From: a virus | Strand: one strand, 5' to 3' | IMG/VR virus record: IMGVR_UViG_3300046171_000208 | Location: 1-64,000 of that record | Length of the DNA: 64,000 nucleotides | In this document: positions 9,534-20,912 of the stretch, one piece after another | Layout of the letters: the number at the start of each line of letters is the position of its first letter | Position numbering within the stretch: the first letter of the stretch is position 1 | Program-made: the position numbers and the translations under genes | Notes under the pieces: generated by a model | Databases searched by the model: none | What the model was told of the DNA's origin: nothing | The model's input: only the letters and a program-made list of their open reading frames with translations

Positions 9534-12500
9534 GTGGCAGTAACAGACCAACAAAAACTCGACTTTCTACTCAAGAAAATTGGTTTCACAAAAACCAAGA
9601 CTGGTTCCGTTGTCGGAACTGGTGCGATAAGTGGTACTGGAAAGCAACCCTTTGCTGAAGCGATACCATCACCTCTGATTATTGCAAATGGTGCACTATG
9701 GAATGAGAGTGGTTCAATATCCACAACACCACCTGGTTCTGATACTGCACAAGTTAAAGTATATCTTGCTGGAACTTCTGGATTAAGAATGACAGCAGAC
9801 TCTACGAGTTCTGGTCAACGTGCTTATATTGCTTACACAACTTATAATGATGCTTCATCTACAAGATTAACTAACTGGATTGATACCCAGTTTGGTGCAA
9901 GTTATCTAATTAAAGTATATAAAGGAGATCCAAATTCAGGTGGTGTTGCATTATCTGCTGCTGGTTCAGGTTCAAATGATGGTTGGTTCTTTGATTATTC
10001 TGCTGGTGTACTAAACTTTAATGATACAAGCGTTCCCAGTGGTGTTACTGATACAAACATATACATTGTAGGTTACAGATACATTGGTAGTACTGGTGCT
10101 CCTACACCAACTGGTGGTGGTAATTTTACATATAATGACCTTGTAGTATCACGTAATTTTCAAGTAGCGGGACTTTCAACCTTCAATGGTCTTGTTGATA
10201 TTAATGCAGGAGGTCAAGCAAATACATTTAAAGTTGAAGATTTAACATCTGGTAGAGTTGTACTTGCTGGAACTGGTGGTGAATTAGAAGATAATGCTAA
10301 CCTAACATTTAATGGATCTACTCTTACAGTAGGTGGAAATGTATCTGCAGTTGATGGAACATTCAGTGGAAATGTTACTGCAGTCGATGGAACATTTAGT
10401 GGTAACGTATCCATTGGTGGAACATTAACATATGAAGATGTAGTTAACGTAGATTCAGTTGGTATCATAACTGCACAAGCAGGTATTCGTGTTACTGGTG
10501 GTGTAATTGAAGCACAAGCAGGTGAGAATAAAATACCATCATTATATTCTGCAATGGGTAATCTTCCATCTGCTGGAAGTTATCATGGTATGTTTGCTCA
10601 CGTTCACGCAACAGGTAGAGGATATTTTGCACACGCAGGTAATTGGTTAGAATTAGTTAATAGAGAAATCAATGGTGTAGTTGGAACAGGAACAGAGACA
10701 TATACTATTGGTAATTTAGTTTCAACATCTTCGACTGCAACATCATTGAATGTTTCAGGAGTTACAACTGTTGTTACTTTAGATGTAAATGGTGATTTAG
10801 ATGTAGATGGACATACAGAGTTAGACAACGTTAATATTGTTGGTGTAACAACATTTAATCATGCAGCTAATGCTATCCACCCATTAAAAATAATTAGCAA
10901 TAATAACACTGGAGGTCTTTCCACATACTTATTCACTACTGGTAATGGCGTTCACGATATTAGATTTGAACAAAGGTACAACGGTAACTGGACTCCTACT
11001 ACTAACCGACATATGAGATTGGTGTGGTCTGCACCAAATGAGAATAATTTTAGTTCTACAAATGGAGATATATTTTCTATAAACCCAAGCACTACTACTG
11101 GCGGTGGTTTAAGTCGAATAGATTTTAAACTAACAGATAGCACTACTGGATTAGTAGACTCATATAGGATGGCTTATGAATATCATAAATTTAATATAAA
11201 AGGAATTGTAGCACTTGAGGTAACTGAAACTGGAATTGGTATTACTGAGAGGTTATATCATCGGGGCGATACTGATACCTTTCTTGCTTTTCCTCAAGGT
11301 AATGTTATTGATTTTTACGCAGGTTCTGAAACAGATCGAAGGATAAACATTACAAGTAGTAGAGTAAGGTTTGAGAATTTATCTACTGGAGTGGATATAA
11401 ATGCAGACTTAGATGTAGATGGTCATACAAATTTAGATAATGTTAGCATAGCTGGTGTTACCACAATGAGTGGAGATTTAACAATTACTGGGGCTCAACC
11501 AGCTTTAAATTTTATAGATAATGGACAAAACCCTGATTATAAACTTTACAACAACAATGGAGCATTAAGACTTTACGATATAACAAATACTGCTGATAGA
11601 TTAGTAATAAACACAGATGGTCACGTTGATGTAACTGGCAATTTGGATGTTGGTGCAGGTATTGATGTCACAGGAAATGCTAATATAAGTGGAGACTTAG
11701 ATGTAGATGGTCATACAAACCTAGACAATGTTAGTGTTGCTGGTGTTACAACCTTTGCTGCAAACGCAAGATTTAATAGCACAATTACTGCTGGTGGTGC
11801 AACTGGATCAAATGGACAATATTTAAAAACAACAGGAACTGGTGTCGAATGGGCATCATTCCCAACAATGAGAACTAACCAGACATTTACTGCATCTGCT
11901 GGTCAAACAACATTCTCGTTCAGTTATACTGTTGGATTTTTAGATGTATTTGTTAATGGTGTTAAGTTAAGTTCAAGTGAATTTACTGCATCAAATGGTA
12001 GTTCAGTAGTATTAAGTGTTGGATCTTTTGTTGGTGATATTGTTGAACTTATTTCATACTACACCGTGTCTGGTGGCGGTGGTGGTGGAGGAGGTATCTC
12101 TAATGTTGTTGAAGATACTACACCTCAACTTGGTGGTAACTTAGATATTTTCAATAAGTCAATTACAGGAACAGGTAATATAAACCTTACTGGTATCGTA
12201 ACTGCTACTAATTTTGTTGGTGATGGTTCGGGGCTAACTGGTATTACTGCTTCTGGTTCAGGAGTTGTTGTAAAGAATAGTGGTTCAGTTGTTGGTACTG
12301 CTGGAACAATTGATTTTGGTGATAATTTATCTGTATCTCCTGCATCTGCTGGTATTGTAACCATTACAGGATCTGCTGGAGTATCAACAAGTCAATTTGA
12401 TGTTAATAAGTTAGATGTATCTGGTATATCGACATTCAAGAGTGCAGTTGATATCAACGCAGATATAGATGTAGATGGACATACCAATTTAGATAATGTA

Positions 12501-14324
12501 AGTATCTCTGGAGTTGTAACTGCAACAACATTTGTAGGTGCAGTAACTGGTAATGTTACTGGAAATGCAACAGGATTAAGTGGTAATCCATCAATTAATA
12601 TTACAGATTTAGATGTCGATGGTCATACAAATTTAGATAATGTTAATGTTGCTGGAGTAACTACTTTTGCGAGTGCAGTGGTTGCATCTGATATACAATC
12701 AAATGCTTTAAGTTTAAAAAATGCTGCTGGTAGTGCAACTTATGCAACCTTTGCGAATGGTGGTGCTTCTGTTCTTAAGTTTAATAACACTGATAGATTA
12801 GCAACAACAAACGCAGGTGTGACTGTAACTGGAACAGTTTCTGCGACTGCATTTAGTGGAGATGGAAGTGCACTAACTGGAATATCTGCTGGTTCAACTT
12901 CTGAAGTAAGAGCAAATACTTTAGTTGTTACAGGTGTATCTACATTCTCTGATACAGTTACAATCACAAAGGCAGCAAGTCCTTTAAAAGTTAATACTTT
13001 AACTACAAATGCTGCTATTGAGATACAAAGAAGTGGAAGTACAAAAGCATATCTTACACCAGAGAGTGGTGAGTTTAGAATACAAACATATAGTAGTGAA
13101 GATATAGCACTTCAAACTAATACTGGTGGTGGAACTGCTGGTGATATTACATTCAAGAGTGTAGATACTGAAATTTTTAAAGTAAAGGGTACTGGTAATG
13201 TTGGTATTCACAGCACTGTTCCAACAAGTAGATTAGATGTTGTTGGTGATGCAAAAGTTTCTGGTGTTGTAACAGCAACAACATTTGTTGGTGCTTTAAC
13301 AGGTAATTCAGATACATTCACAGTAACTGCAAACAACTCTACAAATGAAACTGTATATCCAGTCTTTGTTGACGGTGCTACTGGAAGTCAAGGTGCAGAA
13401 ACAGATACAGGATTAAATTATAATCCAAGTACAGGTGCACTTTCATCACTCAAATTTATTGGTGATGGTTCAGGACTAACTGGAGTTACTGGTTCAGGAA
13501 CTGGTATTGCAATTAAGAATAGTGGTTCAGTTGTTGGTACTGCTGGAACAATCAACTTCGGTGATAATTTAAGTGTATCTGCAATTTCTGGTGGTTCAGT
13601 AACTGTAACTGCAACTTCTGGCATCTCTACGATTAGTGGTGTTGTGAATATTGCTAATGATTTAGATGTAGATGGACATACCAATTTAGATAATGTAAGT
13701 GTTGCAGGTGTAACAACTTTTTCAAGTGACGTTGTTATTAGTAGCACTGGACCTAAAATAAGTTTAAATGATACAAACAACAATCCTGACTATGACATAT
13801 TAAATACTGATGGAACTTTCCAAGTTAACGACACTACAAACGGTTCTGTTAGATTCAGAATTAATAGTGGTGGTCGAGTTGATATACTTCAAAATCTTGA
13901 TGTTGGAAGCAATATAAAATTAGGAAACGCTGGTGTTGTAACTGCAACTTCTTTTGTTGGTGATGGTTCAAACTTAACTGGAGTAACACCTGCTATTGGT
14001 ATTACAACTAACCTTTCAGGATCATTTACTGCAAGTGCTGGATCTGCAGCAACAATCAATACTTTAACTGGGTATAGTGCAAATGATTTAGTTGTTGAGT
14101 ATACAATATACATTAAGAATGGAAGTGACTTCCAATCACAAAAACTATTAGCAATGAGAGATGGTACAACAATTCACTCAACACAGTTTGCAGTGATGTT
14201 TAGTTCTTCACTATTAGTTCAATGTGATGCAACAATCAGTAGCGGTAATATATTATTAAGAGCAACTCCTGAAACTGGAGTTTCTGGTTCAACAACCTAT
14301 AAAATAAAACGTGAGGTTATGTAA
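9534..14324 (+). CDS. Large modular tail fibre / virion structural protein (1596 aa, GTG start)
   Basis: G/S/T-rich; six DxDVDGHT(N/E)LDNV repeats, TYEDV module and an internal duplication KNSGSVVGTAGTI. Confidence 0.8.
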   Translation: MAVTDQQKLDFLLKKIGFTKTKTGSVVGTGAISGTGKQPFAEAIPSPLIIANGALWNESGSISTTPPGSDTAQVKVYLAGTSGLRMTADSTSSGQRAYIAYTTYNDASSTRLTNWIDTQFGASYLIKVYKGDPNSGGVALSAAGSGSNDGWFFDYSAGVLNFNDTSVPSGVTDTNIYIVGYRYIGSTGAPTPTGGGNFTYNDLVVSRNFQVAGLSTFNGLVDINAGGQANTFKVEDLTSGRVVLAGTGGELEDNANLTFNGSTLTVGGNVSAVDGTFSGNVTAVDGTFSGNVSIGGTLTYEDVVNVDSVGIITAQAGIRVTGGVIEAQAGENKIPSLYSAMGNLPSAGSYHGMFAHVHATGRGYFAHAGNWLELVNREINGVVGTGTETYTIGNLVSTSSTATSLNVSGVTTVVTLDVNGDLDVDGHTELDNVNIVGVTTFNHAANAIHPLKIISNNNTGGLSTYLFTTGNGVHDIRFEQRYNGNWTPTTNRHMRLVWSAPNENNFSSTNGDIFSINPSTTTGGGLSRIDFKLTDSTTGLVDSYRMAYEYHKFNIKGIVALEVTETGIGITERLYHRGDTDTFLAFPQGNVIDFYAGSETDRRINITSSRVRFENLSTGVDINADLDVDGHTNLDNVSIAGVTTMSGDLTITGAQPALNFIDNGQNPDYKLYNNNGALRLYDITNTADRLVINTDGHVDVTGNLDVGAGIDVTGNANISGDLDVDGHTNLDNVSVAGVTTFAANARFNSTITAGGATGSNGQYLKTTGTGVEWASFPTMRTNQTFTASAGQTTFSFSYTVGFLDVFVNGVKLSSSEFTASNGSSVVLSVGSFVGDIVELISYYTVSGGGGGGGGISNVVEDTTPQLGGNLDIFNKSITGTGNINLTGIVTATNFVGDGSGLTGITASGSGVVVKNSGSVVGTAGTIDFGDNLSVSPASAGIVTITGSAGVSTSQFDVNKLDVSGISTFKSAVDINADIDVDGHTNLDNVSISGVVTATTFVGAVTGNVTGNATGLSGNPSINITDLDVDGHTNLDNVNVAGVTTFASAVVASDIQSNALSLKNAAGSATYATFANGGASVLKFNNTDRLATTNAGVTVTGTVSATAFSGDGSALTGISAGSTSEVRANTLVVTGVSTFSDTVTITKAASPLKVNTLTTNAAIEIQRSGSTKAYLTPESGEFRIQTYSSEDIALQTNTGGGTAGDITFKSVDTEIFKVKGTGNVGIHSTVPTSRLDVVGDAKVSGVVTATTFVGALTGNSDTFTVTANNSTNETVYPVFVDGATGSQGAETDTGLNYNPSTGALSSLKFIGDGSGLTGVTGSGTGIAIKNSGSVVGTAGTINFGDNLSVSAISGGSVTVTATSGISTISGVVNIANDLDVDGHTNLDNVSVAGVTTFSSDVVISSTGPKISLNDTNNNPDYDILNTDGTFQVNDTTNGSVRFRINSGGRVDILQNLDVGSNIKLGNAGVVTATSFVGDGSNLTGVTPAIGITTNLSGSFTASAGSAATINTLTGYSANDLVVEYTIYIKNGSDFQSQKLLAMRDGTTIHSTQFAVMFSSSLLVQCDATISSGNILLRATPETGVSGSTTYKIKREVM

Positions 14325-16246
14325 TGTACAAATATACTCTTGCTGTTACAAGTGCCGAGTATTGGAATACAATTCACAACGTATTAATAGTTGACTCAAA
14401 TGAAGATGGTATTCCAGACCGAAAGGTAGATTGTTCTGATACGAAAGAACATAGTCCGACTCGTGGAACTTATTGGTTGACACACGAAGAGGCAACTGGT
14501 ATATCAACTCACCCACAAGTCAAATGGATTGAGTTATCTCCGTCAGATTATCGTGAGGTATATCCAGATCCTGAACCTGATACAAAAAGATTTCGTAAGA
14601 ATGTAAAGGTATATCGTGATTTAAGTGCAAGTCCACCTCCTACACCTGCGACATCTGCAGAAGCTGATAGAACTAACTGGGCAGTTAAAAGAGTTGGTGT
14701 TACAACAAATGGAGATGGTTGGCCGAATGTAAATGGTAATCCAACAGCGATTACAAGTGATATAAGTTATAGTTTAACTGGAAAAAATGTTGATTTAATT
14801 ATACAAGATTCAGGAGTTCTACAATATCATCCTGAATTTTTAGATGATGATGGTAAGTCAAGAGTCAGAGATATAATACTTGATGGTCCTTACTATATTG
14901 ATCCAAGTTACTTTACATCAAATAGTTACACATATACAAAACCCGATGGTAGGATAGGAATTACAACTGCATCTGCACACTCTTGGTGGGAAAATTCAAG
15001 CAATCGTTCAGGTTCTTTTTCATCAGTTGGTACAATTTCAGTTCCTGATGCATATACAGTTGCAAACTCATTAGGTATTGGTGGCTCATCACATACAATG
15101 ACTAGTTCACACGGAACTGCGTGTGCTGGATTATCTGCTGGTCGAAATTTTGGTCTTGCTTTTGAATCAAACATATGGACTATATCAATATTTTCTCCTG
15201 CGAATATATCAACTGAAGCATCTTATGATGCAATAAAAATATTACATCAAAACAAACCTATTACTGCAGGTCGTAAAAATCCAACAGTTGTAAATGGTAG
15301 TTGGGGATATTATGCAGGATTTAATTCAGGCACTCAAGTTTATTATAGTTTTAAAGGAAGTGAAGGTAATTTTACTGGGTATAATTCAAGTAGTACTGGT
15401 GTACAGGCACTAGCATATGGATTAGATAATGGTACTGTTTATAATAAACAATTTGCCACATCCTCAAGATCAAACTCTATTGAAACTGCTGGAGATGAAA
15501 TGTCAGCAGCTGGTGTTATTTTTGTAACTTCAGCTGGCAATGATAATCAAAGATTAGGTATAGGTTCAGATGACCCTCATATAAATGATTATCTTACAAC
15601 TCTGAATAGTGCTGATACAAGATCAGGAATCCCACAATATTCTGGTGGTGGCACCTGTCCTTCAGGACATCGTAATTGGATTCATCCATCTAACGTTGGA
15701 TTTGATCATGTAAGAGATATTCACCCTGCTATTTGTGTTGGAGCAATGGAAGAGTATATTGGAACTATTGGTGGAAGTGCCGATTTTAAAGAACAAAAAG
15801 CATCATATTCAAATAATGGTCCAGGTGTTGATGTCTGGGCACCTGCAGATGAAACATTGTCTGCTGGAATGAGAGCAGCAAATGGCGACCAGTTAGGGAC
15901 AGATACAAATTACCCAAGGTATAGTTCTAATTTTGTTGATATGTATTTCAATGGAACATCAGCAGCATCTCCTGTTGTTGCTGGAATGGTGGCATTATTT
16001 TTAGAATCAAAACCAGATGCAACATCTGCTGAAGTATTAGATTTTATAAAAGAACAAGGTTCAAAAGTACTTCCAGCATCCGAGTGGTCTGACCCATATC
16101 CAAGTGATTCTGATGCAGATTATTGGAGACAAGCATATAATAATCGTGGAGCAGCGAGTAGAGTATTATTTGATCCAACTGCTTCGGATACTGAAGTAAA
16201 AATTTCTGGTGTGGAAATCACTGGTATATCATTCCAACAAACATAA
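14324..16246 (+). CDS. Subtilisin-like serine peptidase (S8)
   Basis: Catalytic motifs IIQDSGV (D), SHGTACAG (H), SAGN (oxyanion) and FNGTSAASPVVAG (S). Confidence 0.9.
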   Translation: MYKYTLAVTSAEYWNTIHNVLIVDSNEDGIPDRKVDCSDTKEHSPTRGTYWLTHEEATGISTHPQVKWIELSPSDYREVYPDPEPDTKRFRKNVKVYRDLSASPPPTPATSAEADRTNWAVKRVGVTTNGDGWPNVNGNPTAITSDISYSLTGKNVDLIIQDSGVLQYHPEFLDDDGKSRVRDIILDGPYYIDPSYFTSNSYTYTKPDGRIGITTASAHSWWENSSNRSGSFSSVGTISVPDAYTVANSLGIGGSSHTMTSSHGTACAGLSAGRNFGLAFESNIWTISIFSPANISTEASYDAIKILHQNKPITAGRKNPTVVNGSWGYYAGFNSGTQVYYSFKGSEGNFTGYNSSSTGVQALAYGLDNGTVYNKQFATSSRSNSIETAGDEMSAAGVIFVTSAGNDNQRLGIGSDDPHINDYLTTLNSADTRSGIPQYSGGGTCPSGHRNWIHPSNVGFDHVRDIHPAICVGAMEEYIGTIGGSADFKEQKASYSNNGPGVDVWAPADETLSAGMRAANGDQLGTDTNYPRYSSNFVDMYFNGTSAASPVVAGMVALFLESKPDATSAEVLDFIKEQGSKVLPASEWSDPYPSDSDADYWRQAYNNRGAASRVLFDPTASDTEVKISGVEITGISFQQT

Positions 16247-16262
16247 ATAATCAAAAAGTCAT

Positions 16263-18044
16263 ATGGCAGAGAAGGGTTTTGGTGTAAAGGAGATTAATTT
16301 GATTGGTGCGTCAGGAACACCAACGATTGAGAGTCCTAACAATTTAAATTTAAACGCTGTTAATGTTGCGATTAGTACAAACGCAACTATTGGTGGAACT
16401 CTTGCTGTGTCTGGAAATGTTTCTGTTGGTGGAACATTAACATATGAAGACGTAACTAATATAGATTCAGTGGGTGTTATAACAGCAAGAGAGGGAATAA
16501 AAATACCTGATGATAAGTATGTATATCTTGGATCTGATAATGATTTAGAAATTACGCATACTGGTAGTAATGGAAATATTAATAATAAAACAGGTGATTT
16601 AGTTATAAGAACTCTAGGTTCTGGTGATGATATTTTTATAGATGCTGTTGATGATGTTAATATAAGAGTTCAATCCACTGATAATGCTATTACTTGTATT
16701 GGTGATGGAGCTGTAACTTTACACTATAATGGTGGTGCAAAATTAGCAACTACTAATACAGGTGTGAATGTAACAGGAACTCTCGCTGCAACTGCAGTAA
16801 CGGGTGATGGTTCAGGATTAACAAGTTTACCTGCAGCAACTCCAACTGACTCTGATATTCAGGTTGTATATACTGTCACTGCAAACGGTTCTTCTGCATA
16901 TCGTTTTGCTGGTAATGGTGTTGTAAGTACAGCAGATGACCCAGATTTATATTTAATACGAGGACAGAAATATCGTTTCATTAATAATTCAGGCGGTTCA
17001 CATCCATTCCAAATTCGTGAAGCATCAGGTGGTACAGCATATAGCACAGGTGTAACAAACAACGGAGCATCATCGGGTAATATTGATTTTGCACCAACCT
17101 TTGATTCTCCAGCACAATTAGTTTATCAGTGTACTTCACACTCTGGAATGGTTGGTAATATCTATTTAAGAGATGCTGCTGGTGGTAATACAACTGTAGG
17201 AGTAAGTACTTTTAGTGGTAAAGTAACCATTGAGAGTTCTGTCAACCCTACTTATAATAAAGGTAATTTCGGACCAGGAAGTTTAACTTTACAAAACAAC
17301 TCTGCTGATAACACTGTTGATTTCTCACAAGGTATAGTATTCACTGATAATGCAAATAATGAAAGTAATGGAGGATGGGTACATGCAGCCATCTGTACTG
17401 TAGGAACCACTGGATATAATGGTAATATAATTTTTGGAGTTGATGGTAATGGTGCTGCAAATAATAACTTGTCTGGTATAACTGAACAACTTCGCATTGC
17501 AAATGATGGGTTTGTATCTTTTGGCGGTGATGCTGATTTAGGTTTTATAAGATCTGGAACTAATACACTTCAATGTAAAACAAATGGTACTTTATGTACA
17601 GAGTTTGCTGCTAACCAAAGAGTAAGAATGCCACAAGTGTATAGCACAAATGGTTCTAATATGAGAGATGTTCAGATAGAATCTGATGGTACATTATGTG
17701 CAGGTAATACTTCTATTCGTTTATCTAAAAAGAATATTACATCTCAATCAGATGTTTCTTGGTTATACAATTTAAATCCAGTTACTTTTAATTACAGAAA
17801 AAAAATTGTTGATAAGGTCACTGGTGAACATACTTACTTGGAAGAGGTAGAGGAAGAAACTTCTTATGGATTAATAGCAGAAGAAGTTGAAACTATTAAA
17901 AAAGATTTTTGTTTTTACAATAATAATAAATTAGCAGGGGTTCATTATAACCAATTAATTACTCCTTTATTAAAATCTTTGCAAGATCAAAAGAAAGAGA
18001 TTGATATTCTTAAGGCAGAGGTTGCTGCCCTCAAAGCTAAATAA
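16263..18044 (+). CDS. Tail fibre protein with cupredoxin-like domain and C-terminal S74-type intramolecular chaperone
   Basis: TYEDV module; SHPF...YQCTSHSGMVG; C-terminal KKNI...LNPVTFNY...YGLIAEEV...coiled coil. Confidence 0.8.
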   Translation: MAEKGFGVKEINLIGASGTPTIESPNNLNLNAVNVAISTNATIGGTLAVSGNVSVGGTLTYEDVTNIDSVGVITAREGIKIPDDKYVYLGSDNDLEITHTGSNGNINNKTGDLVIRTLGSGDDIFIDAVDDVNIRVQSTDNAITCIGDGAVTLHYNGGAKLATTNTGVNVTGTLAATAVTGDGSGLTSLPAATPTDSDIQVVYTVTANGSSAYRFAGNGVVSTADDPDLYLIRGQKYRFINNSGGSHPFQIREASGGTAYSTGVTNNGASSGNIDFAPTFDSPAQLVYQCTSHSGMVGNIYLRDAAGGNTTVGVSTFSGKVTIESSVNPTYNKGNFGPGSLTLQNNSADNTVDFSQGIVFTDNANNESNGGWVHAAICTVGTTGYNGNIIFGVDGNGAANNNLSGITEQLRIANDGFVSFGGDADLGFIRSGTNTLQCKTNGTLCTEFAANQRVRMPQVYSTNGSNMRDVQIESDGTLCAGNTSIRLSKKNITSQSDVSWLYNLNPVTFNYRKKIVDKVTGEHTYLEEVEEETSYGLIAEEVETIKKDFCFYNNNKLAGVHYNQLITPLLKSLQDQKKEIDILKAEVAALKAK

Positions 18045-18057
18045 CTAAAAAAATAAT

Positions 18058-18285
18058 ATGGCAAAGAACAGAGAATTATCACAAGTCGGAAATTTTATAA
18101 CGGTCAATGACTCGTCGGGTGCTATTGGCATAGCAAACTCTGTTGGAATTAATACGACTACACCTACAGGTTCTTATGCATTGGATGTTCACGGTACTAT
18201 AAATAGTAACACTGATGTTCAAGTAAATGGTGTCTCACTCGCAACACAAGGTGATGCAACAGCACTTGCAATCGCACTAGGATAA
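18058..18285 (+). CDS. Small virion-associated protein
   Basis: VGINTTTP..ALDVHG fibre motif, ALAIALG end, late-promoter junction. Confidence 0.65.
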   Translation: MAKNRELSQVGNFITVNDSSGAIGIANSVGINTTTPTGSYALDVHGTINSNTDVQVNGVSLATQGDATALAIALG

Positions 18286-18286
18286 A

Positions 18287-18613
18287 ATGGCAAATACCTT
18301 TAAATTAAAAACAAAAGCGAACGTTGGTATTACAACTCAAAATGTTTATGTTGTTCCAAGTGCAACCACAACTGTTGTAATTGGTATTACACTCGCAAAT
18401 ACTTCTGGAACTGGTTGTCTGGTTGGAGTTGGAATTACTCGTCCATCTACAGATGATGTTAAGTTATTAAAAAATGCTCCAATTCCTCAAGGATCATCTC
18501 TTGAATTTATGGCAGGAAATAAAGTTGTATTGGAAACTTCAGACACATTAACAGTAGATAGTGATCAAAATAATAGTATTGATGCTTCATTAACAATAAT
18601 GGAGATAACATAA
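18287..18613 (+). CDS. Small beta-rich hypothetical/structural protein
   Basis: 108-aa ORF in the operon (MANTFK...YVVPSATTTVVIG...KVVLETSD). Confidence 0.65.
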   Translation: MANTFKLKTKANVGITTQNVYVVPSATTTVVIGITLANTSGTGCLVGVGITRPSTDDVKLLKNAPIPQGSSLEFMAGNKVVLETSDTLTVDSDQNNSIDASLTIMEIT

Positions 18614-18614
18614 G

Positions 18615-20912
18615 ATGGCATTAACCCGCATTACAAAGGGTGTCATCAAACCCAACGAGAATTACGATACACATAATATAAATTCAACAGGTATTGTTAC
18701 TTCAGTTGGATTGGATGTAAATGGAAACGCAGATATAAGTGGAAGTTTGTCAGTTGGTGGTGTACTGACTTATGAAGATGTAACAAGTATTGATTCAGTT
18801 GGTATTATAACTGCTCGAACTGGATTAGTTTCACCATATGCAGATATAGATGATTTTGTAAGTGTAGGAAGTAATATTCATTTAGGTAATGCTGGTGTTG
18901 TAACTGCAACAAGTTTTGTAGGAAGTGGTGCTGCATTGACAGGTATTGATGCAACTTCAATTAAAGACTCTGGTGGAAATGTAAAGATACAGGCACAAGC
19001 ATCAGGTGCGATTCATTCTGGTATATCAACATTCTCAGATGATGTAACATTTACAGGAGCAAACTATAATGTCGTATGGGATAAGTCAACTAACAGATTA
19101 AAATTTGATGCTGATGCACAATTAAGATTTCAGGATAGTTCATTTAGAATTTACCATGATGGTTCTGGAACTTCTTTTATTAGAAATACATCTACAAATC
19201 TTAGAATAACCTCTGATATTTTTAGAGTTAGAAAAAATAATGACAGCACTCATTATATTAATTGTGGATCAAATCGTGTTCAGTTATATGAAAGTGGTAA
19301 TGAGAAATTAGCAACCACTAGCACTGGAGTCAACGTCACTGGTAATGTTGTTGCCACAGGAGCAGATATTAATGGAGATTTAGATGTAGATGGTCATACA
19401 AATTTAGATAATGTAAGTATCGCTGGAGTTACAACATTTAGTGATGATCTTACATTAACTGGAGCATCATATAATGTCTTATGGGATAAATCAGATAATC
19501 AATTAGAGTTTGGAGATAATGCAAAGTTATCTTTCGGTGGATCGTCGGATATGCAGTTGTATCATGACTCAAATAATAGTTACATTGATGATTCTGGTAA
19601 CGGAAGTTTATTTTTACAAAGTAGTGGAACAGGTATATATTTTCAAGTCATAGGTGGGTCAAATAGAATGGCCGACTTTAATGTTGGAGGAGATGTTAAA
19701 CTATATCACAACGCAAATTCAAAATTACGCACAACAAACACAGGAGCACAAATAGATACCATTCTTAAATTATATGGAGCTGCTGGAACTGGAGGAGGTA
19801 AATTACAATTAGCAGAAGGTGGAGCAACAAGTGAAATAGGAGTTGAAAGAAGCACTGATACAAGTAGTTCATTACTATTTGGTACAGAGATTAGTGGAAC
19901 TACAGCCACGAGAGCAAAGATTGATACTGCTGGACACTTTATACCTGCTACTGATAGCACATATGATTTAGGATTAACTGGAACAAGATGGAGAAATTTA
20001 TATGCAGATACTTTATATGGTGATGGTTCTAACTTAACTGGTATAACAGGAACAACAATAAACAATAATGCAGACAATCGAATAATAACTGGTTCAGGAA
20101 CTGCGAATACTTTAAATGGTGAAGCAAACATACTTTGGGATGGAGCAACATTAAAAATAGGAAATACTGAATCTCCCTCAAATTATAATAGTGCTTCCGA
20201 TAATATAATGATAGGTAATCACTCTGGACATGGTGGTATTACTATACTATCAGGAACAAGTAGTGGTGGATTCATTATGTTCTCTGATAATAATGGAGGA
20301 AGTGCAAACGCATATCGTGGTCAGATTGAATATCAGCACGGTGGTTCAGATCCTGATCATATGCGGTTCCTTACTGATTCAACTGAACATCTTCGCATTA
20401 GATCAAAGGGAGCACTCATGATAAGTGGTACTGATACTAGTGGTAGCACTGATATGAAACACGGATCTGAAAGTGGTGGTGGTGATTCAAACTCAATTTA
20501 TATTCCGAGAGCAAATTCTACGTTTGATTGGAAGGGTGGAATGGTCATGCGTGGTGTTGGTGGTACTTGGGGATTAAGAATATCCGCACAAGGTGCTATG
20601 ACTACAAATTCTGATACTACTGGTGAAATATTTGGTGTACACCCAGTTGAACCCACTAACCCTACTCATGCTCAAAGTACAGTAGCTGATGCAGTTACTG
20701 ATGCATACTTCCGTGTGATGGGTAATGCAAAGATATTTGCTACAGTTCCAATCTATCAATCAGGTGCAAAACCATTCTATTATAATGCAACTGCAATTAC
20801 ATCGAATGAAACGATTACAACATCATATAATGCAATGTGTGTCGGAAATATGACGATAAATAGTGGAGTAACAGTCACTGTAAATAGCGGTGCTCGTTGG
20901 GTGATAGTCTGA
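18615..20912 (+). CDS. Modular tail fibre protein with C-terminal NAM..G..TI...W.IV domain
   Basis: TYEDV, DLDVDGHTNLDN, INNNADNR and EHLRI modules. Confidence 0.8.
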   Translation: MALTRITKGVIKPNENYDTHNINSTGIVTSVGLDVNGNADISGSLSVGGVLTYEDVTSIDSVGIITARTGLVSPYADIDDFVSVGSNIHLGNAGVVTATSFVGSGAALTGIDATSIKDSGGNVKIQAQASGAIHSGISTFSDDVTFTGANYNVVWDKSTNRLKFDADAQLRFQDSSFRIYHDGSGTSFIRNTSTNLRITSDIFRVRKNNDSTHYINCGSNRVQLYESGNEKLATTSTGVNVTGNVVATGADINGDLDVDGHTNLDNVSIAGVTTFSDDLTLTGASYNVLWDKSDNQLEFGDNAKLSFGGSSDMQLYHDSNNSYIDDSGNGSLFLQSSGTGIYFQVIGGSNRMADFNVGGDVKLYHNANSKLRTTNTGAQIDTILKLYGAAGTGGGKLQLAEGGATSEIGVERSTDTSSSLLFGTEISGTTATRAKIDTAGHFIPATDSTYDLGLTGTRWRNLYADTLYGDGSNLTGITGTTINNNADNRIITGSGTANTLNGEANILWDGATLKIGNTESPSNYNSASDNIMIGNHSGHGGITILSGTSSGGFIMFSDNNGGSANAYRGQIEYQHGGSDPDHMRFLTDSTEHLRIRSKGALMISGTDTSGSTDMKHGSESGGGDSNSIYIPRANSTFDWKGGMVMRGVGGTWGLRISAQGAMTTNSDTTGEIFGVHPVEPTNPTHAQSTVADAVTDAYFRVMGNAKIFATVPIYQSGAKPFYYNATAITSNETITTSYNAMCVGNMTINSGVTVTVNSGARWVIV

